A DNA stretch of 64,000 nucleotides from a bacterium (lineage in GTDB: Bacteria > Chloroflexota > Dormibacteria > Aeolococcales > Bog-877): the NCBI GenBank assembly GCA_021816695.1, contig JAKAXE010000005.1:5-64004 (forward strand), read 5' to 3'. Numbering within the stretch: the stretch's first letter is position 1; each line of letters begins with the position of its first letter. The translations under genes were made by a program, and so were the position numbers. Of the stretch, positions 8,904 through 17,690 are shown in pieces. The notes under the pieces are model-generated. The model saw only the letters and a list, made by a program, of their open reading frames with translations. It was not told the origin of the DNA and did not search any database.

Positions 8904-9995
8904 GTGCAACTTCCTCCTACTCCCCGCCCTCCTCCTAGCGTACGGAGGCGGAGCGGTGTCTGCCCGTCATCAGGGGAGGAAGCTGACTATGCTCCCCTCG
9001 TGGACCTCGCACCCTGGCCGCTCGCGCCGGACGACCTTGAGGCTGCACGCCGCCGACTGGCACAGAGGGTCCACCGGACCCCCCTGTTTCGCTCCCGGCT
9101 GCTGGACGAGAGGGTCGGGCGCCCCGTCTGGCTCAAGGCCGAAAGCCTGCAGCGCTCGGGATCATTCAAGGCCAGGGGGGCTTTCAACGCTGTGGTGGCC
9201 GGGCTGGAGGCCGGAGACAGGCGCGGCGTCCTGGCTGTCTCCTCGGGCAATCACGGCCAGGCGGTGGCCCTGGCGGCTGGCGAACTTGGTCTTTCGGCTA
9301 CGGTGGTCATGCCCGAGAACAGCTCTCCGGTGAAGATCACCGCGGTCCGCGCCTACGGTGCCCGGGTCGTCAGCGACGGTGTGACCGGGCAAAATCGTGA
9401 GCAGGTGGCCGCCGACATCGCGGCCCGGGATGGGCTGCGGCTGATCCACCCCCACAACGATCCCCTGGTTATGGCCGGCCAGTCCACCGCGGCGATGGAG
9501 CTGGCGGAGCAGCTGGCCGAGGTCGGTGCCCGGCCCCAGGCCATCCTCGCCCCCCTGGGGGGCGGTGGGCTCCTGGCGGGGCTCTGCCTCGGTGCGGCAA
9601 GCCGGCTCCCGGGAGTTCCCGTCTTCGGGGTCGAGCCGGAGACCGCCGACGATGGTGCCAGGTCCTTCTCGTCCGGCGAACTGGTAACGCTGGATGAGGT
9701 GCCCCAGACCGCGGCGGATGGGGTTCGCACGCTGCACCTGGGCCAGCGCTGCTGGGAGGTGATCCGGGCCCAGGCCGGGGGCGTCCTGACGGTCAGCGAG
9801 GAGGAGCTGGCTGAGGCTGCCTACTGGCTTTTCACCCGCCTCAAGCTGGTGGTAGAGCCCACGGGCGCACTGGCCGTGGCCGCCCTCCTGCGAGAGCGTC
9901 CAGAGATCCCGGCTGGGCTTGGCGCGGTATGTATCCTCAGCGGGGGCAACTGCCTGCCCCAGCAGCTCGCCGAGTTCACGGCGGGGCAGAGGTAG
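8904..9995 (+). CDS. PLP-dependent threonine/serine dehydratase family protein (threonine ammonia-lyase-like)
   Basis: Track ORF. It has the PLP-lysine motif ESLQRSGSFKARGAFN and SSGNHGQAVALAA. The true start may be the GTG at 9000, which follows an AGGGGAGGAAG SD-like box and would give about 331 aa. Confidence 0.85.
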   Translation: MQLPPTPRPPPSVRRRSGVCPSSGEEADYAPLVDLAPWPLAPDDLEAARRRLAQRVHRTPLFRSRLLDERVGRPVWLKAESLQRSGSFKARGAFNAVVAGLEAGDRRGVLAVSSGNHGQAVALAAGELGLSATVVMPENSSPVKITAVRAYGARVVSDGVTGQNREQVAADIAARDGLRLIHPHNDPLVMAGQSTAAMELAEQLAEVGARPQAILAPLGGGGLLAGLCLGAASRLPGVPVFGVEPETADDGARSFSSGELVTLDEVPQTAADGVRTLHLGQRCWEVIRAQAGGVLTVSEEELAEAAYWLFTRLKLVVEPTGALAVAALLRERPEIPAGLGAVCILSGGNCLPQQLAEFTAGQR

Positions 9996-10022
9996 CCGCA
10001 CTAGCTACCTGTGCAGCGCAGT

Positions 10023-11489
10023 TCAGCCAGCCACCTTTTCCCATCGTCCCCCTGAGAAGAGCCAGGTGGCCGCGCTGAACCCCGCTCCGGAGCTCGTGCC
10101 GCCGCCGAAGAGCAGGACACCCCTCCCCGAAGGAGCCGTCGCCATCGCTTCGAAGGAGTACACCGGTGGTCCCCCCGGGGATCCCACTGGGACCCACATG
10201 GTGCCTTCGAGTGCCCAGGTCCGGTGCGTGGACCCGGCCCCTGTGTAGAGCACCACGGTCCCCAGGGCGGGATCGGTCGCCATGGCGGAGTAGGCCAGGG
10301 GGCCGGGAGCGGAGGAGGGTGACACCTCTTCCCAGGCCGCCCCGGTCCAGGCCCAGGTGTCCTGGAGCCGGCTGCTGCCGTTGGAGCCTCCGTAGAGGAT
10401 CAACTCGCCGAGCTCCGGGTCGTATGCCAGGGTCGCGGCGGTGCGCGGAGCAGGAGAGGTGGCCAGCCGCAGCCGGCGCCAACCCGCTCCTGACCACAGG
10501 AAGGTATCGCCCAGGGCCCGGCCCTCCGCGGTATCGCCCCCGAAGAGCAAGAGCTGCCCGGTGCGCGGGTCGTAGGCCACGGCCGGGAAGCGACGCCCCG
10601 TCAGGGTGCCGGGCGGGAGGCTCCGCCATCCGCCGTCCCAGCTCCAGGTGGAGCGGCGTGCCGGTCCGGGGCCCTGGGAGCCAGCCCCGCCCACGATCAA
10701 CAATCGGTTCGAGCTGGCCTCGTACGCCCCCCCGGCATATCCCAAGGGCTGGGGGCCGGATGGGCTGCCGGTCTTGGTCCAGCCCCTCCCGTTCCAGAGC
10801 CAGGTGGAGTCGGAGCAGGTGAGCAGGTTGCATCCACCGAAGAGCAGGTCCTGGTTGCGCAGGCCATCAAAGACCAGCACCGCACCGCCCACGGCGGGAG
10901 GTCCGGCCACCCCTGGGGACCGCAGCTGCTGGTCGACGCTGAGGGTCGTCACAGCGGACACGGCCACCACCACCAACCCCGCAGCAACCACCTCGGTGCG
11001 GCGCCGAGCAGACCCGCCCGGCACTTGGTGGGTCCAGGTCCAGAGGCTGAGCTGCCGCCAGCTTCCGGTGCGCCAGAGGACCAGGGCCAGCAGGGTATAT
11101 ACGGGTCCTGAGTTGAGGTCGGTGGTCCCGCCGGCGAAGGGTAGTCCCAGCCCCTGACCGAACACCCAGATTAGGAGAAATAGGGGGACCGCTGCCACCA
11201 GGGCGGGCTCGGCAAAACTGCCCACGGTGATCGCCAAGCCCATGAGAGTCTCCACCCCCGCCAGCATCCCGTTGGCGACCGCGGGGTTGCGGGAGACCGA
11301 CTCCGCCGCGAACAGAAGGAGCGCGCGCAGCGGCTCGGGGCTGACCGAGGCGTTGGAGTACAAGATTCCGTCGAAGACCTGGTAGGTGCCCGCTTGGTAC
11401 TCCAGAGCGGCGTCGGCCAGGAGGAGAAGGCCGAGGGCGATCCGTACCAGTGGGAGCCAGAGTGGGAGCCCCGGTCGCTCCCGCGCCAT
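10023..11489 (-). CDS. Membrane-anchored Kelch-repeat beta-propeller protein (N-terminal multi-TM domain plus C-terminal Kelch repeats)
   Basis: Track ORF 10023..11954 trimmed to the ATG at 11489 (MARERPGLPLWLPLVRIALGLLLLADA...), because the upstream 155 codons overlap the aminotransferase gene. There are about 5 TM helices. These are followed by repeated Kelch-like units (WSWDGGWRSL, FLWSGAGWRRL, WAWTGAAWEEV, TWLFSGGRWEKV). The start lies 8 nt after the stop of the upstream gene. Confidence 0.8.
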   Translation of the reverse strand: MARERPGLPLWLPLVRIALGLLLLADAALEYQAGTYQVFDGILYSNASVSPEPLRALLLFAAESVSRNPAVANGMLAGVETLMGLAITVGSFAEPALVAAVPLFLLIWVFGQGLGLPFAGGTTDLNSGPVYTLLALVLWRTGSWRQLSLWTWTHQVPGGSARRRTEVVAAGLVVVAVSAVTTLSVDQQLRSPGVAGPPAVGGAVLVFDGLRNQDLLFGGCNLLTCSDSTWLWNGRGWTKTGSPSGPQPLGYAGGAYEASSNRLLIVGGAGSQGPGPARRSTWSWDGGWRSLPPGTLTGRRFPAVAYDPRTGQLLLFGGDTAEGRALGDTFLWSGAGWRRLRLATSPAPRTAATLAYDPELGELILYGGSNGSSRLQDTWAWTGAAWEEVSPSSAPGPLAYSAMATDPALGTVVLYTGAGSTHRTWALEGTMWVPVGSPGGPPVYSFEAMATAPSGRGVLLFGGGTSSGAGFSAATWLFSGGRWEKVAG

Positions 11490-11497
11490 CGTGGGCG

Positions 11498-12709
11498 TCA
11501 GCCCAGGAGCCGCAGGAGTCTGGCCATACCCTCCGCCAGGTCCTGGTCCGCCAGCGCGTAGGAGAACCGCACGTGTCCCGGAGCGCCGAAGGCCTCCCCG
11601 GGCACCACGGCGATCCGGGCCTGCTCGAGCAGGACAGCCGCCAGCTCCGCAGAGGTCCGGACCCGCTGGCCGCCGATCTCTCTTCCCAGCACGCCCCCGA
11701 CCGAGGGAAACAGGTAGAAGGCACCCTCCGGCGCCGGACACTCGAACCCCGGCACCCGGTCCATGTACTCGAGCATGGCCAAGCGCCGGCGGGCGAAGGC
11801 CGCGCGCATCTCCTGCAACGCCGGAGTGGCCTGCTCCAGGGCAGCCAGGGCAGCCAGCTGGGAGATGTTGCTGATATTGCCGCAGACGTGGGACTGCAGA
11901 TTGGCGGCCGCCTCGACCGTGGTTCGGGGACCAACCAACCAACCCACGCGCCACCCGGTCATCGCGTAGGCCTTGGCCACTCCGTTGAGTCGAAGGGACC
12001 GAGGTTGGAGTTCGGGCACTACCACCGGGAGCGAGTTGAATTCCGCACGGTCATAAGTGAAGTGGTCGTAGATCTCGTCGCACACCACCCACACCCCATG
12101 GTCCACTGCCCAACGGCCGATGGCCTGCATCTCCTCCTTTCCGTACACAGAGCCCGTGGGATTGGACGGAGAAACGAACAGGAGAGCCTTGGTCCTGGGA
12201 GTGAGGTGTCGGTCAAGGTCCTCGGGTTTTACGCGGAAGCCGGTGGCCTCGGTGGTGGGAACCGGCACCGGCCGGCCTCCTGCCAGGGCGATCGCCTCGG
12301 GGAAGCTCACCCAATACGGGCTGGGAACCAGCACCTCGTCCCCGGGATCAAGGAGAAGGGTGAAGGCATGGGCCACTGCCTGCTTGGTGCCGCTGGTGAT
12401 GAGGACTTGCTCCGGCAGGACCTCCAACCCGTCGCGTCTCCCGGTCTGGAACGCCACGGCCTCTCGCAGCTCAGGCAGCCCTGCCGCCGGAGTGTAGTGA
12501 TGCAACCGCGGGTCCCGGCAGGCGCGCGCCGCCGCCTCCACAACCACTTGGGGGGTGTCGAAGTCGGGCTCCCCAGCAGCGAATGAGATCACGTCGTTCC
12601 CGGCAGCCCGAAGCTCCTTGACCCTCCGGTCCAGCGCCAGGGTGGCCGACTCGGAGATCGCGGCCACTCTCCGGGAGATCGCCTGGTGATCCGCTTCCCC
12701 TGAGGGCAC
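11498..12709 (-). CDS. Class I/II PLP-dependent aminotransferase (aspartate aminotransferase-like)
   Basis: Track ORF 11498..12760 trimmed to the GTG at 12709, which lies 4 nt after a GAGGAAG SD. Supporting motifs: SFAAGEPDFDTP, SPSNPTGSVY and the PLP-lysine region NGVAKAYAMTGWRVGW. Confidence 0.88.
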   Translation of the reverse strand: MPSGEADHQAISRRVAAISESATLALDRRVKELRAAGNDVISFAAGEPDFDTPQVVVEAAARACRDPRLHHYTPAAGLPELREAVAFQTGRRDGLEVLPEQVLITSGTKQAVAHAFTLLLDPGDEVLVPSPYWVSFPEAIALAGGRPVPVPTTEATGFRVKPEDLDRHLTPRTKALLFVSPSNPTGSVYGKEEMQAIGRWAVDHGVWVVCDEIYDHFTYDRAEFNSLPVVVPELQPRSLRLNGVAKAYAMTGWRVGWLVGPRTTVEAAANLQSHVCGNISNISQLAALAALEQATPALQEMRAAFARRRLAMLEYMDRVPGFECPAPEGAFYLFPSVGGVLGREIGGQRVRTSAELAAVLLEQARIAVVPGEAFGAPGHVRFSYALADQDLAEGMARLLRLLG

Positions 12710-12723
12710 TAGACTTCCTCCTG

Positions 12724-13869
12724 ATGGCCACCGATAGTGGTGCCGACCTGCTGATACCACAGGATCTGCTGCCTGAAGACGGGCGTTTCGGGTGTGGCCC
12801 CTCTAAGGTACCGGCTACAGCCGTCGCCAGACTGGCAGAGGTCGCACCCCATCTGCTCGGCACCAGCCACCGGCAGCCCCCGGTGAGGCAGCTGGTGGGC
12901 CGCCTCCGCTCCGGGCTCACCGAGCTTTTCTCCCTCCCGGATGGATACGAGGTCGCCCTGGGGAACGGTGGGGCCAGCCTGTTCTGGGATCTGGCGGCGC
13001 TCTGCCTGATTGAGCACCGCAGCCAGCATTTGGCCTTCGGGGAGTTCTCGTCGAAGTTCGCCCAGGTCGTGCAGAGCGCTCCTCACCTGGCGGCTCCTGA
13101 GGTCATCGAGAGCACTCCCGGCACCTGCCCCCGGCCCCACATTGCCGAGGATGTGGACGCCTATTGCCTCACCCACAACGAGACATCCACGGGCGTTCAG
13201 AGCGACGTCGTCCGGATCGGGCTGCCCGGCCAACTGGTCCTCGTCGACGGCACCTCGGCTGCGGGAGGGCTGCCGCTGGACCCGAGCTCCTTCGATGCCT
13301 ACTACTTCTCCCCTCAGAAGTGCTTCGCCGCCGATGGCGGGCTCTGGGTGGCCCTTCTCTCCCCCGCGGCAATCGAGCGGGCTGCGCATATGGGGAGCAC
13401 CTCGCGCTGGATTCCGAGCTCCCTGGATCTGAGCCTGGCACTTCAGAACTCACGCCAGGACCAGACCTACAACACCCCAGCCGTGGCCACGCTCTTTCTT
13501 TTCGTCCAGCAGCTGGATTGGATTCTTGAGCAGGGCGGGTTGCCCTGGGCAGCGGCTCGCTGCCGTCAGACGGCCAGCATCGTGTACGGTTGGGCCGACC
13601 GGGTCCCCTACGCCACCCCCTTCGTCCCGGACCCAGACCAGCGCAGCCAGGTGGTGGCCACCGTCGACCTCGCCCCTGAGGTCCCGGCTGGCGAGGTCTC
13701 CAGGGTCCTGAGGCGGAACGGGATCGTGGACATCGATGGCTACCGCAAACTGGGACGCAACCAGCTGCGTATCGGGCTGTTTCCCGCGATCGAACCGGAG
13801 GACGCCGCCCGACTCACCCAGGCGATTGACTGGGTCGCGTCCCGGATCGGTGTCGCAAATCACGTTTAG
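12724..13869 (+). CDS. serC: Phosphoserine aminotransferase (actinobacterial long type)
   Basis: Track ORF. Supporting sequence: DGRFGCGPSKV...LLGTSHRQPPVRQLVGRLRSGL...HNETSTGV...YYFSPQKCFAADGGLWVALLSP. The product is 381 aa. Confidence 0.88.
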   Translation: MATDSGADLLIPQDLLPEDGRFGCGPSKVPATAVARLAEVAPHLLGTSHRQPPVRQLVGRLRSGLTELFSLPDGYEVALGNGGASLFWDLAALCLIEHRSQHLAFGEFSSKFAQVVQSAPHLAAPEVIESTPGTCPRPHIAEDVDAYCLTHNETSTGVQSDVVRIGLPGQLVLVDGTSAAGGLPLDPSSFDAYYFSPQKCFAADGGLWVALLSPAAIERAAHMGSTSRWIPSSLDLSLALQNSRQDQTYNTPAVATLFLFVQQLDWILEQGGLPWAAARCRQTASIVYGWADRVPYATPFVPDPDQRSQVVATVDLAPEVPAGEVSRVLRRNGIVDIDGYRKLGRNQLRIGLFPAIEPEDAARLTQAIDWVASRIGVANHV

Positions 13870-13950
13870 GGGTGCGGAGGCGGGCCACAGAAGGTACGCT
13901 CGTCGGGGTCGGGTCGGGTCGGTCTTCGTCTGCCCGCCTGGGAGGAGCTG

Positions 13951-14892
13951 ATGCTCGCCGATGACTTCGGTGGAGGCGACGAGGTCAAGGCGGCGTTCGC
14001 CCAGCTCGGCTCCGATGATCTCGAGGTCCTTCGTCCCCTGCTTCGCGAGCGGGCGCAGTCCGCAGTTGGAGATGTGGTGCTCGCGGGCCTGGTGGCCCAG
14101 CAGGTGCTCCTCGACCTATCCGCGCGCACTGCTGTGGACTTTGCGACGCCGACTGACCTGGCTGCCTGGCTGGCGATCCGGGTCCCCCAGACTGCTGCCC
14201 TCTTTCTCGGCGCCGTGGCCCCACTATCCGCACCGCCGGGTCCCGTCGCATCTGGTGGACTGCGTTCGGCGTGGTCCCGGGTCTGGGCGGCGGCGGTCAC
14301 GCTGCCAACGCTCGCGGCGGCGACCGCCATGGCGTCAATCGGATCAGCCTCGGCCGCCGTCCTACTGACGGCTACCATCGCCTCGTCACCTCCCGCCCTC
14401 GGGCCGGCGCCGTCGCTGGGGACCGCGCCGCCTCCCGCCTCCAGCCCCCGGGTGCTGCCCGTACCCACTCCCCCATCCGTTCCCACCCCCGCCGGCGTGC
14501 CCACCCCGACTCCCACGGCGTCCCCGTCCGTTCCGGCAACGGCGGCACCAGTTTCGGTGTCCAGCACCCAACCGATCGCCAAACCACCGGCCACGCCGAC
14601 TCCAACCACCCCGGTTCCTCCCTCACCCCCACCCACCGCAACGCCCCCGCCGTCTCCCACGCCATCGCCTGGGTGCGGGAGCCAGGATCAGGGCCCGCCG
14701 GGGTGCCCCTGCCCAGGTGGTGATGACCACGACGGCGGTGGTCCGCCCGGCTGCCACTGTCCGGTGAACGGCGACGGCTGTCACCACCATCACCACCATC
14801 CCCCCTGTGGCCAGCCGACTGGTGGACCGCCCACCCCTGAGCCGGGCCAGACCGCAGCCTCCCCTGGATATGCGGATCGCCCAGGCAGCTGA
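13951..14892 (+). CDS. Hypothetical single-pass membrane protein with a Pro/Thr-rich linker and a Cys/His-rich C-terminal tail (contains HHHHHH)
   Basis: Track ORF. A GGGAGGAG SD sits 3 nt before the ATG, and codon third positions are G/C-rich. The competing antisense ORF 13866..14660 translates to Gly/Ala/Arg junk. One TM helix is predicted (AAAVTLPTLAAATAMASIGSASAAVLLTATIA). The tail is GCGSQDQGPPGCPCPGGDDHDGGGPPGCHCPVNGDGCHHHHHHPPCG. Confidence 0.65.
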   Translation: MLADDFGGGDEVKAAFAQLGSDDLEVLRPLLRERAQSAVGDVVLAGLVAQQVLLDLSARTAVDFATPTDLAAWLAIRVPQTAALFLGAVAPLSAPPGPVASGGLRSAWSRVWAAAVTLPTLAAATAMASIGSASAAVLLTATIASSPPALGPAPSLGTAPPPASSPRVLPVPTPPSVPTPAGVPTPTPTASPSVPATAAPVSVSSTQPIAKPPATPTPTTPVPPSPPPTATPPPSPTPSPGCGSQDQGPPGCPCPGGDDHDGGGPPGCHCPVNGDGCHHHHHHPPCGQPTGGPPTPEPGQTAASPGYADRPGS

Positions 14893-15793
14893 CGAGTACC
14901 TCACCTACCTGGCGGTGGACAGGGCCAGGAGCCCGCAGACCCTGCGAGCCTACGGCCTGGACCTGCAGCGGGCCATCGAGTTCTGGTCGGGGTTGAACCG
15001 GCGGCCGGAGCTGGTCTCAGAGCTGGACCGCGACCTGGTTCGGGCCTACCAACGACACCTGGGCGAGAGCGGGTTGGCGCTGAGCTCCCGGGCCCGCCGC
15101 CTCCAGGCACTGCGGAGCTTTCTGCGCCACTGCGAGCGGGAGGGGTGGACCGACCAGGACCTGGCGGCCCACATCGATATCCCCAAGGTGGCGGCTCCGC
15201 TCCCCAAGCCCCTCAGCACCTCCGACACGCGGCGCCTCCTGGCGTCCCTTCCAGTGGCGGAGGAGGAGCAGCTGCGCGACCGCGCCCTGGTCCACTTCCT
15301 GGTCAGCTCCGGCTGCCGCATCTCCGAGGCGCTAGGACTCGACCGCAGCGACATCAACCCGGAGGGCCGGCTGGTGGTGCGGGGAAAGGGCTCCAAGGAG
15401 CGCATGGTGGAGCTGACCCCGGCGGCCCTGGATGCCATCTCCAGTTACCTGCGGGCGCGCCATGATCGGGAGACGGCGCTCTTCCTCAACTACGACCGGC
15501 GTTCCAAGGCCCGCGGCGGGCGGCGCCTCACCGCCGCCGGCGCTCGCCACCTCATCCGCCGCCTGCGGCGGGAGCTGGGGGTGGAGGGGCTGCGCTCACC
15601 CCACGTCCTGCGTCACACCACGGCCACCGAGCTGCTGACCATAACCGGCAACGTCCGGCTGGTCCAGGAGGTGCTGGGCCACGCCAACCTGAACACCATG
15701 CAGGGGTACACCAAGGTGGTGGACCAGTCGCGCCGGGCGGCCTACCGGGAGCTGGCTCGCCGGCTCGAGCCCTCGCTTCCCCCTACGGAGTAG
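14870..15793 (+). CDS. Tyrosine site-specific recombinase, XerC/XerD family
   Basis: Track ORF 14807..15793 trimmed to the ATG at 14870 (MRIAQAADEYLTYLAVDRARSPQTLRAYGLDL...). Catalytic-domain motifs are present: RDRALVHFLVSSGCRISEALGL, VRGKGSKERMVEL, HVLRHTTATELL, VQEVLGHANLNTMQGYTKV. Confidence 0.9.
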   Translation: MRIAQAADEYLTYLAVDRARSPQTLRAYGLDLQRAIEFWSGLNRRPELVSELDRDLVRAYQRHLGESGLALSSRARRLQALRSFLRHCEREGWTDQDLAAHIDIPKVAAPLPKPLSTSDTRRLLASLPVAEEEQLRDRALVHFLVSSGCRISEALGLDRSDINPEGRLVVRGKGSKERMVELTPAALDAISSYLRARHDRETALFLNYDRRSKARGGRRLTAAGARHLIRRLRRELGVEGLRSPHVLRHTTATELLTITGNVRLVQEVLGHANLNTMQGYTKVVDQSRRAAYRELARRLEPSLPPTE

Positions 15794-16517
15794 CCCCTGC
15801 CGCCGGCAGCGGGAACTTGAAGGTGTCGAGGAACAGCTGGAAGTCCGCTCCCGTGGTCGCAGCCGGACCCTTGGCCACGATCAGAAAGGCCAGCCCCGGG
15901 GAGGCCTGAAAGGCCACGGCCCCCAGGTATCCGCTGGTGGCGGCGAAGGTGACCAGCGAGGTGGTCACGCCATAGACGACGAACGCGGAAACGCCGGACG
16001 TGGCGGTGCCCGAGGGAGCGGCGGGCGGCAGCTGGGCGGTGCTGGCCCCCGTGGTTACGGAGATCGACTCGCCACCCGGACCATTGAAGGAGATCGCCCC
16101 AGTCGATAGCTGGGCGAACTGCCAGCCAGATGGGTAGAGGACCGACCAGTTGGCACTGCCACCCGACTGGTACATCTGGAAGGAGGCGGTTGAGGTGTCC
16201 TGCGGATTAGAGGTGACCCAGCCGGTAGCGGTGCTGCCCCTGACCTCCCACCAGCCTCCTGCCGCGGAGGTCTCAGAGACGATCGGCAGGCTGACCCCCT
16301 GAGCGATCACCTGGATGACCTGGGCCGTGGTGCTCGGCGCCGTCCGGAAGTTCACCCCGTCGGGAGCAATGACGGTCAGCGAAGTGGGTGGAGGCGAGGT
16401 GCTCGGGCTCGGCGACGGCCGGGGAGTGGCCGCTGGACGCGGTGTGCTGGTTCCACAGCCGGCGACCACCGCAGCCACCACCAACACGGCGAAGGTGAAC
16501 GGGGCCCGCATGTGCAT
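15783..16517 (-). CDS. Lipoprotein with a bacterial SH3-like domain
   Basis: Track ORF. It has a signal peptide plus lipobox (FAVLVVAAVVAGCGTS) and a Pro-rich linker. An SH3b-like segment follows (GVNFRTAPSTTAQVIQVIAQGVSLPIVSETSAAGGWWEVRGSTATGWV). Its end overlaps the recombinase gene end by 11 nt (convergent). Confidence 0.7.
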   Translation of the reverse strand: MHMRAPFTFAVLVVAAVVAGCGTSTPRPAATPRPSPSPSTSPPPTSLTVIAPDGVNFRTAPSTTAQVIQVIAQGVSLPIVSETSAAGGWWEVRGSTATGWVTSNPQDTSTASFQMYQSGGSANWSVLYPSGWQFAQLSTGAISFNGPGGESISVTTGASTAQLPPAAPSGTATSGVSAFVVYGVTTSLVTFAATSGYLGAVAFQASPGLAFLIVAKGPAATTGADFQLFLDTFKFPLPAAGATP

Positions 16518-16520
16518 AAC

Positions 16521-17357
16521 CTACTCGGATGTCTGCGCGGCCGTTGTGATCCGCTGGCGCAGCGAGGCGGCTGCCCGGAAGGCCGCCTCCGCGAAGTCCA
16601 CTCCGCGGGATGCCGCCGCCACCCCTCGGGACACCGAGATCAAGTAGGAGCCGGCGGTGCCCGCAAGTTCCCGCACACAGGCCTCCAGATCGCCGCCCTG
16701 GGCACCTACCCCGGGGATGAGCAGAGGAAGGCCGGGCGCCTCCGCCCGAACCTGGCCCAACTCCCTCGGCCAGGTTGCTCCCACCACCAGCCCCGCAGTC
16801 CCTCCCGGCGGTTCCTGGTCCCACGCCGTCACGGACCTCGCCACCTGGATGTACAAGGGAGCTCCACCCCCTCCAACCGGCAGGTCCTGAAAGTCGGCGG
16901 CTCCGGCATTGCTGGTCCTGCAGAGCACGAACGCAAGGCGGTCTGGGCGGTCCAGGAAGGGTCTCAGCGCGTCCCTGCCCAAGTACGGATTCACGGTGCA
17001 GGCGTCCGCTCCCAGCTCGTCGAAGATGGCGCGGGCATAGGCGGTGGCGGTGCTGCCGATGTCCCCCCGCTTGGCATCAACGACCACCAGGGCTCTCCGA
17101 CCCGCGACTCGAACGACTTCTTCAAGGAGTTCCCAGCCTTGATGCCCCATCTGCTCGAAGAACGCCGCATTGGGCTTGAACGCGGCCGCCTGGTCGGCCG
17201 TGGCCTCGATCAGCTCGAGACAGAAGCGGCGGACCGCCCCCCCACCGTCCCCGAGGTGTGGGGGTAGTGAGGCCGGCTCCGGGTCTATGCCGATACACAG
17301 CCGGGACGTGGAGGCAGCCAGTCGATCTCGGAACGGTTCCCGGGATCCCCCTACCAC
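16521..17357 (-). CDS. pyrF: Orotidine 5'-phosphate decarboxylase, type 2
   Basis: Track ORF. Supporting sequence: LCIGIDPEP...AAFKPNAAFFEQ...VVVDAKRGDIGSTATAYA...ADACTVNPYLGRDAL. The length is typical of the actinobacterial type-2 enzyme. Confidence 0.9.
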   Translation of the reverse strand: MVGGSREPFRDRLAASTSRLCIGIDPEPASLPPHLGDGGGAVRRFCLELIEATADQAAAFKPNAAFFEQMGHQGWELLEEVVRVAGRRALVVVDAKRGDIGSTATAYARAIFDELGADACTVNPYLGRDALRPFLDRPDRLAFVLCRTSNAGAADFQDLPVGGGGAPLYIQVARSVTAWDQEPPGGTAGLVVGATWPRELGQVRAEAPGLPLLIPGVGAQGGDLEACVRELAGTAGSYLISVSRGVAAASRGVDFAEAAFRAAASLRQRITTAAQTSE

Positions 17358-17545
17358 GAAGTCCTGGAGGTGCTGGTCTGGGCTGCCCCCGGAGCCTGGG
17401 GAGCGTAGGGGATCTGAATCCGGTCATGCTCCGACTGCATGCAGCCGGAGCAGAGCGAACTGATCTCCCCGTCCAGGAGCACCGCGGCCAGCCGGTAGAT
17501 CGGGAACTCCCGGCCGCAGTTGGCGCAGCGTCGCATCCAGGGCAT
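17351..17545 (-). CDS. Small Cys4 zinc-ribbon-like protein (64 aa), hypothetical
   Basis: Track ORF. A strong GAGGAGG SD lies 7 nt upstream of the ATG, and codon third positions are G/C-rich. Two CxxC pairs are present (CANC...CSGC). Its stop overlaps the pyrF start by 7 nt. Confidence 0.55.
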   Translation of the reverse strand: MPWMRRCANCGREFPIYRLAAVLLDGEISSLCSGCMQSEHDRIQIPYAPQAPGAAQTSTSRTSW

Positions 17546-17613
17546 GGCCGGGCCTCCTCAGCTTCGGTGTCCGGGGGCGATTATAGGTGTTTTGTTATGC
17601 TCACCGAGTTCGG

Positions 17614-17690
17614 CGGGGAGTGGCGCAGATGGTTAGCGCACCAGTCTGGGGGACTGGGGGTCGCAGGTTCGAGTCCTGTCTCCCCGACCA
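17614..17690 (+). tRNA. tRNA-Pro (anticodon GGG), CCA encoded
   Basis: Folded by hand. The acceptor stem is CGGGGAG/CTCCCCG and the D arm is GCGC-AGATGGTTA-GCGC. The anticodon stem is CCAGT/ACTGG with loop CTGGGGG (anticodon GGG, G37). The T arm is GCAGG-TTCGAGT-CCTGT. The discriminator is A, followed by CCA. Length 77 nt. Confidence 0.92.

Noticed and set aside
11490-11954. N-terminal 155-codon extension of the Kelch protein ORF (643-aa version)
   Set aside because: The extension overlaps the 3' part of the aminotransferase gene in another frame and is Gly/Arg/Pro junk. The ATG at 11489 gives a sensible TM-helix N-terminus 8 nt after the upstream stop.
13866-14660. 264-aa minus-strand ORF opposite the Cys/His-tail protein
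   Set aside because: It translates to Gly/Ala/Val/Arg low-complexity sequence and has no SD. The plus-strand frame has an SD, a TM helix and a coherent domain layout.
14870-15793. The tyrosine recombinase as an island or prophage integrase linked to tRNA-Pro
   Set aside because: It has XerC/XerD-type length and motifs. It is 1.8 kb away from the tRNA and separated from it by housekeeping genes (pyrF). It lies on the opposite side of the tRNA from the irregular segment. More likely it is a chromosomal Xer-family recombinase.
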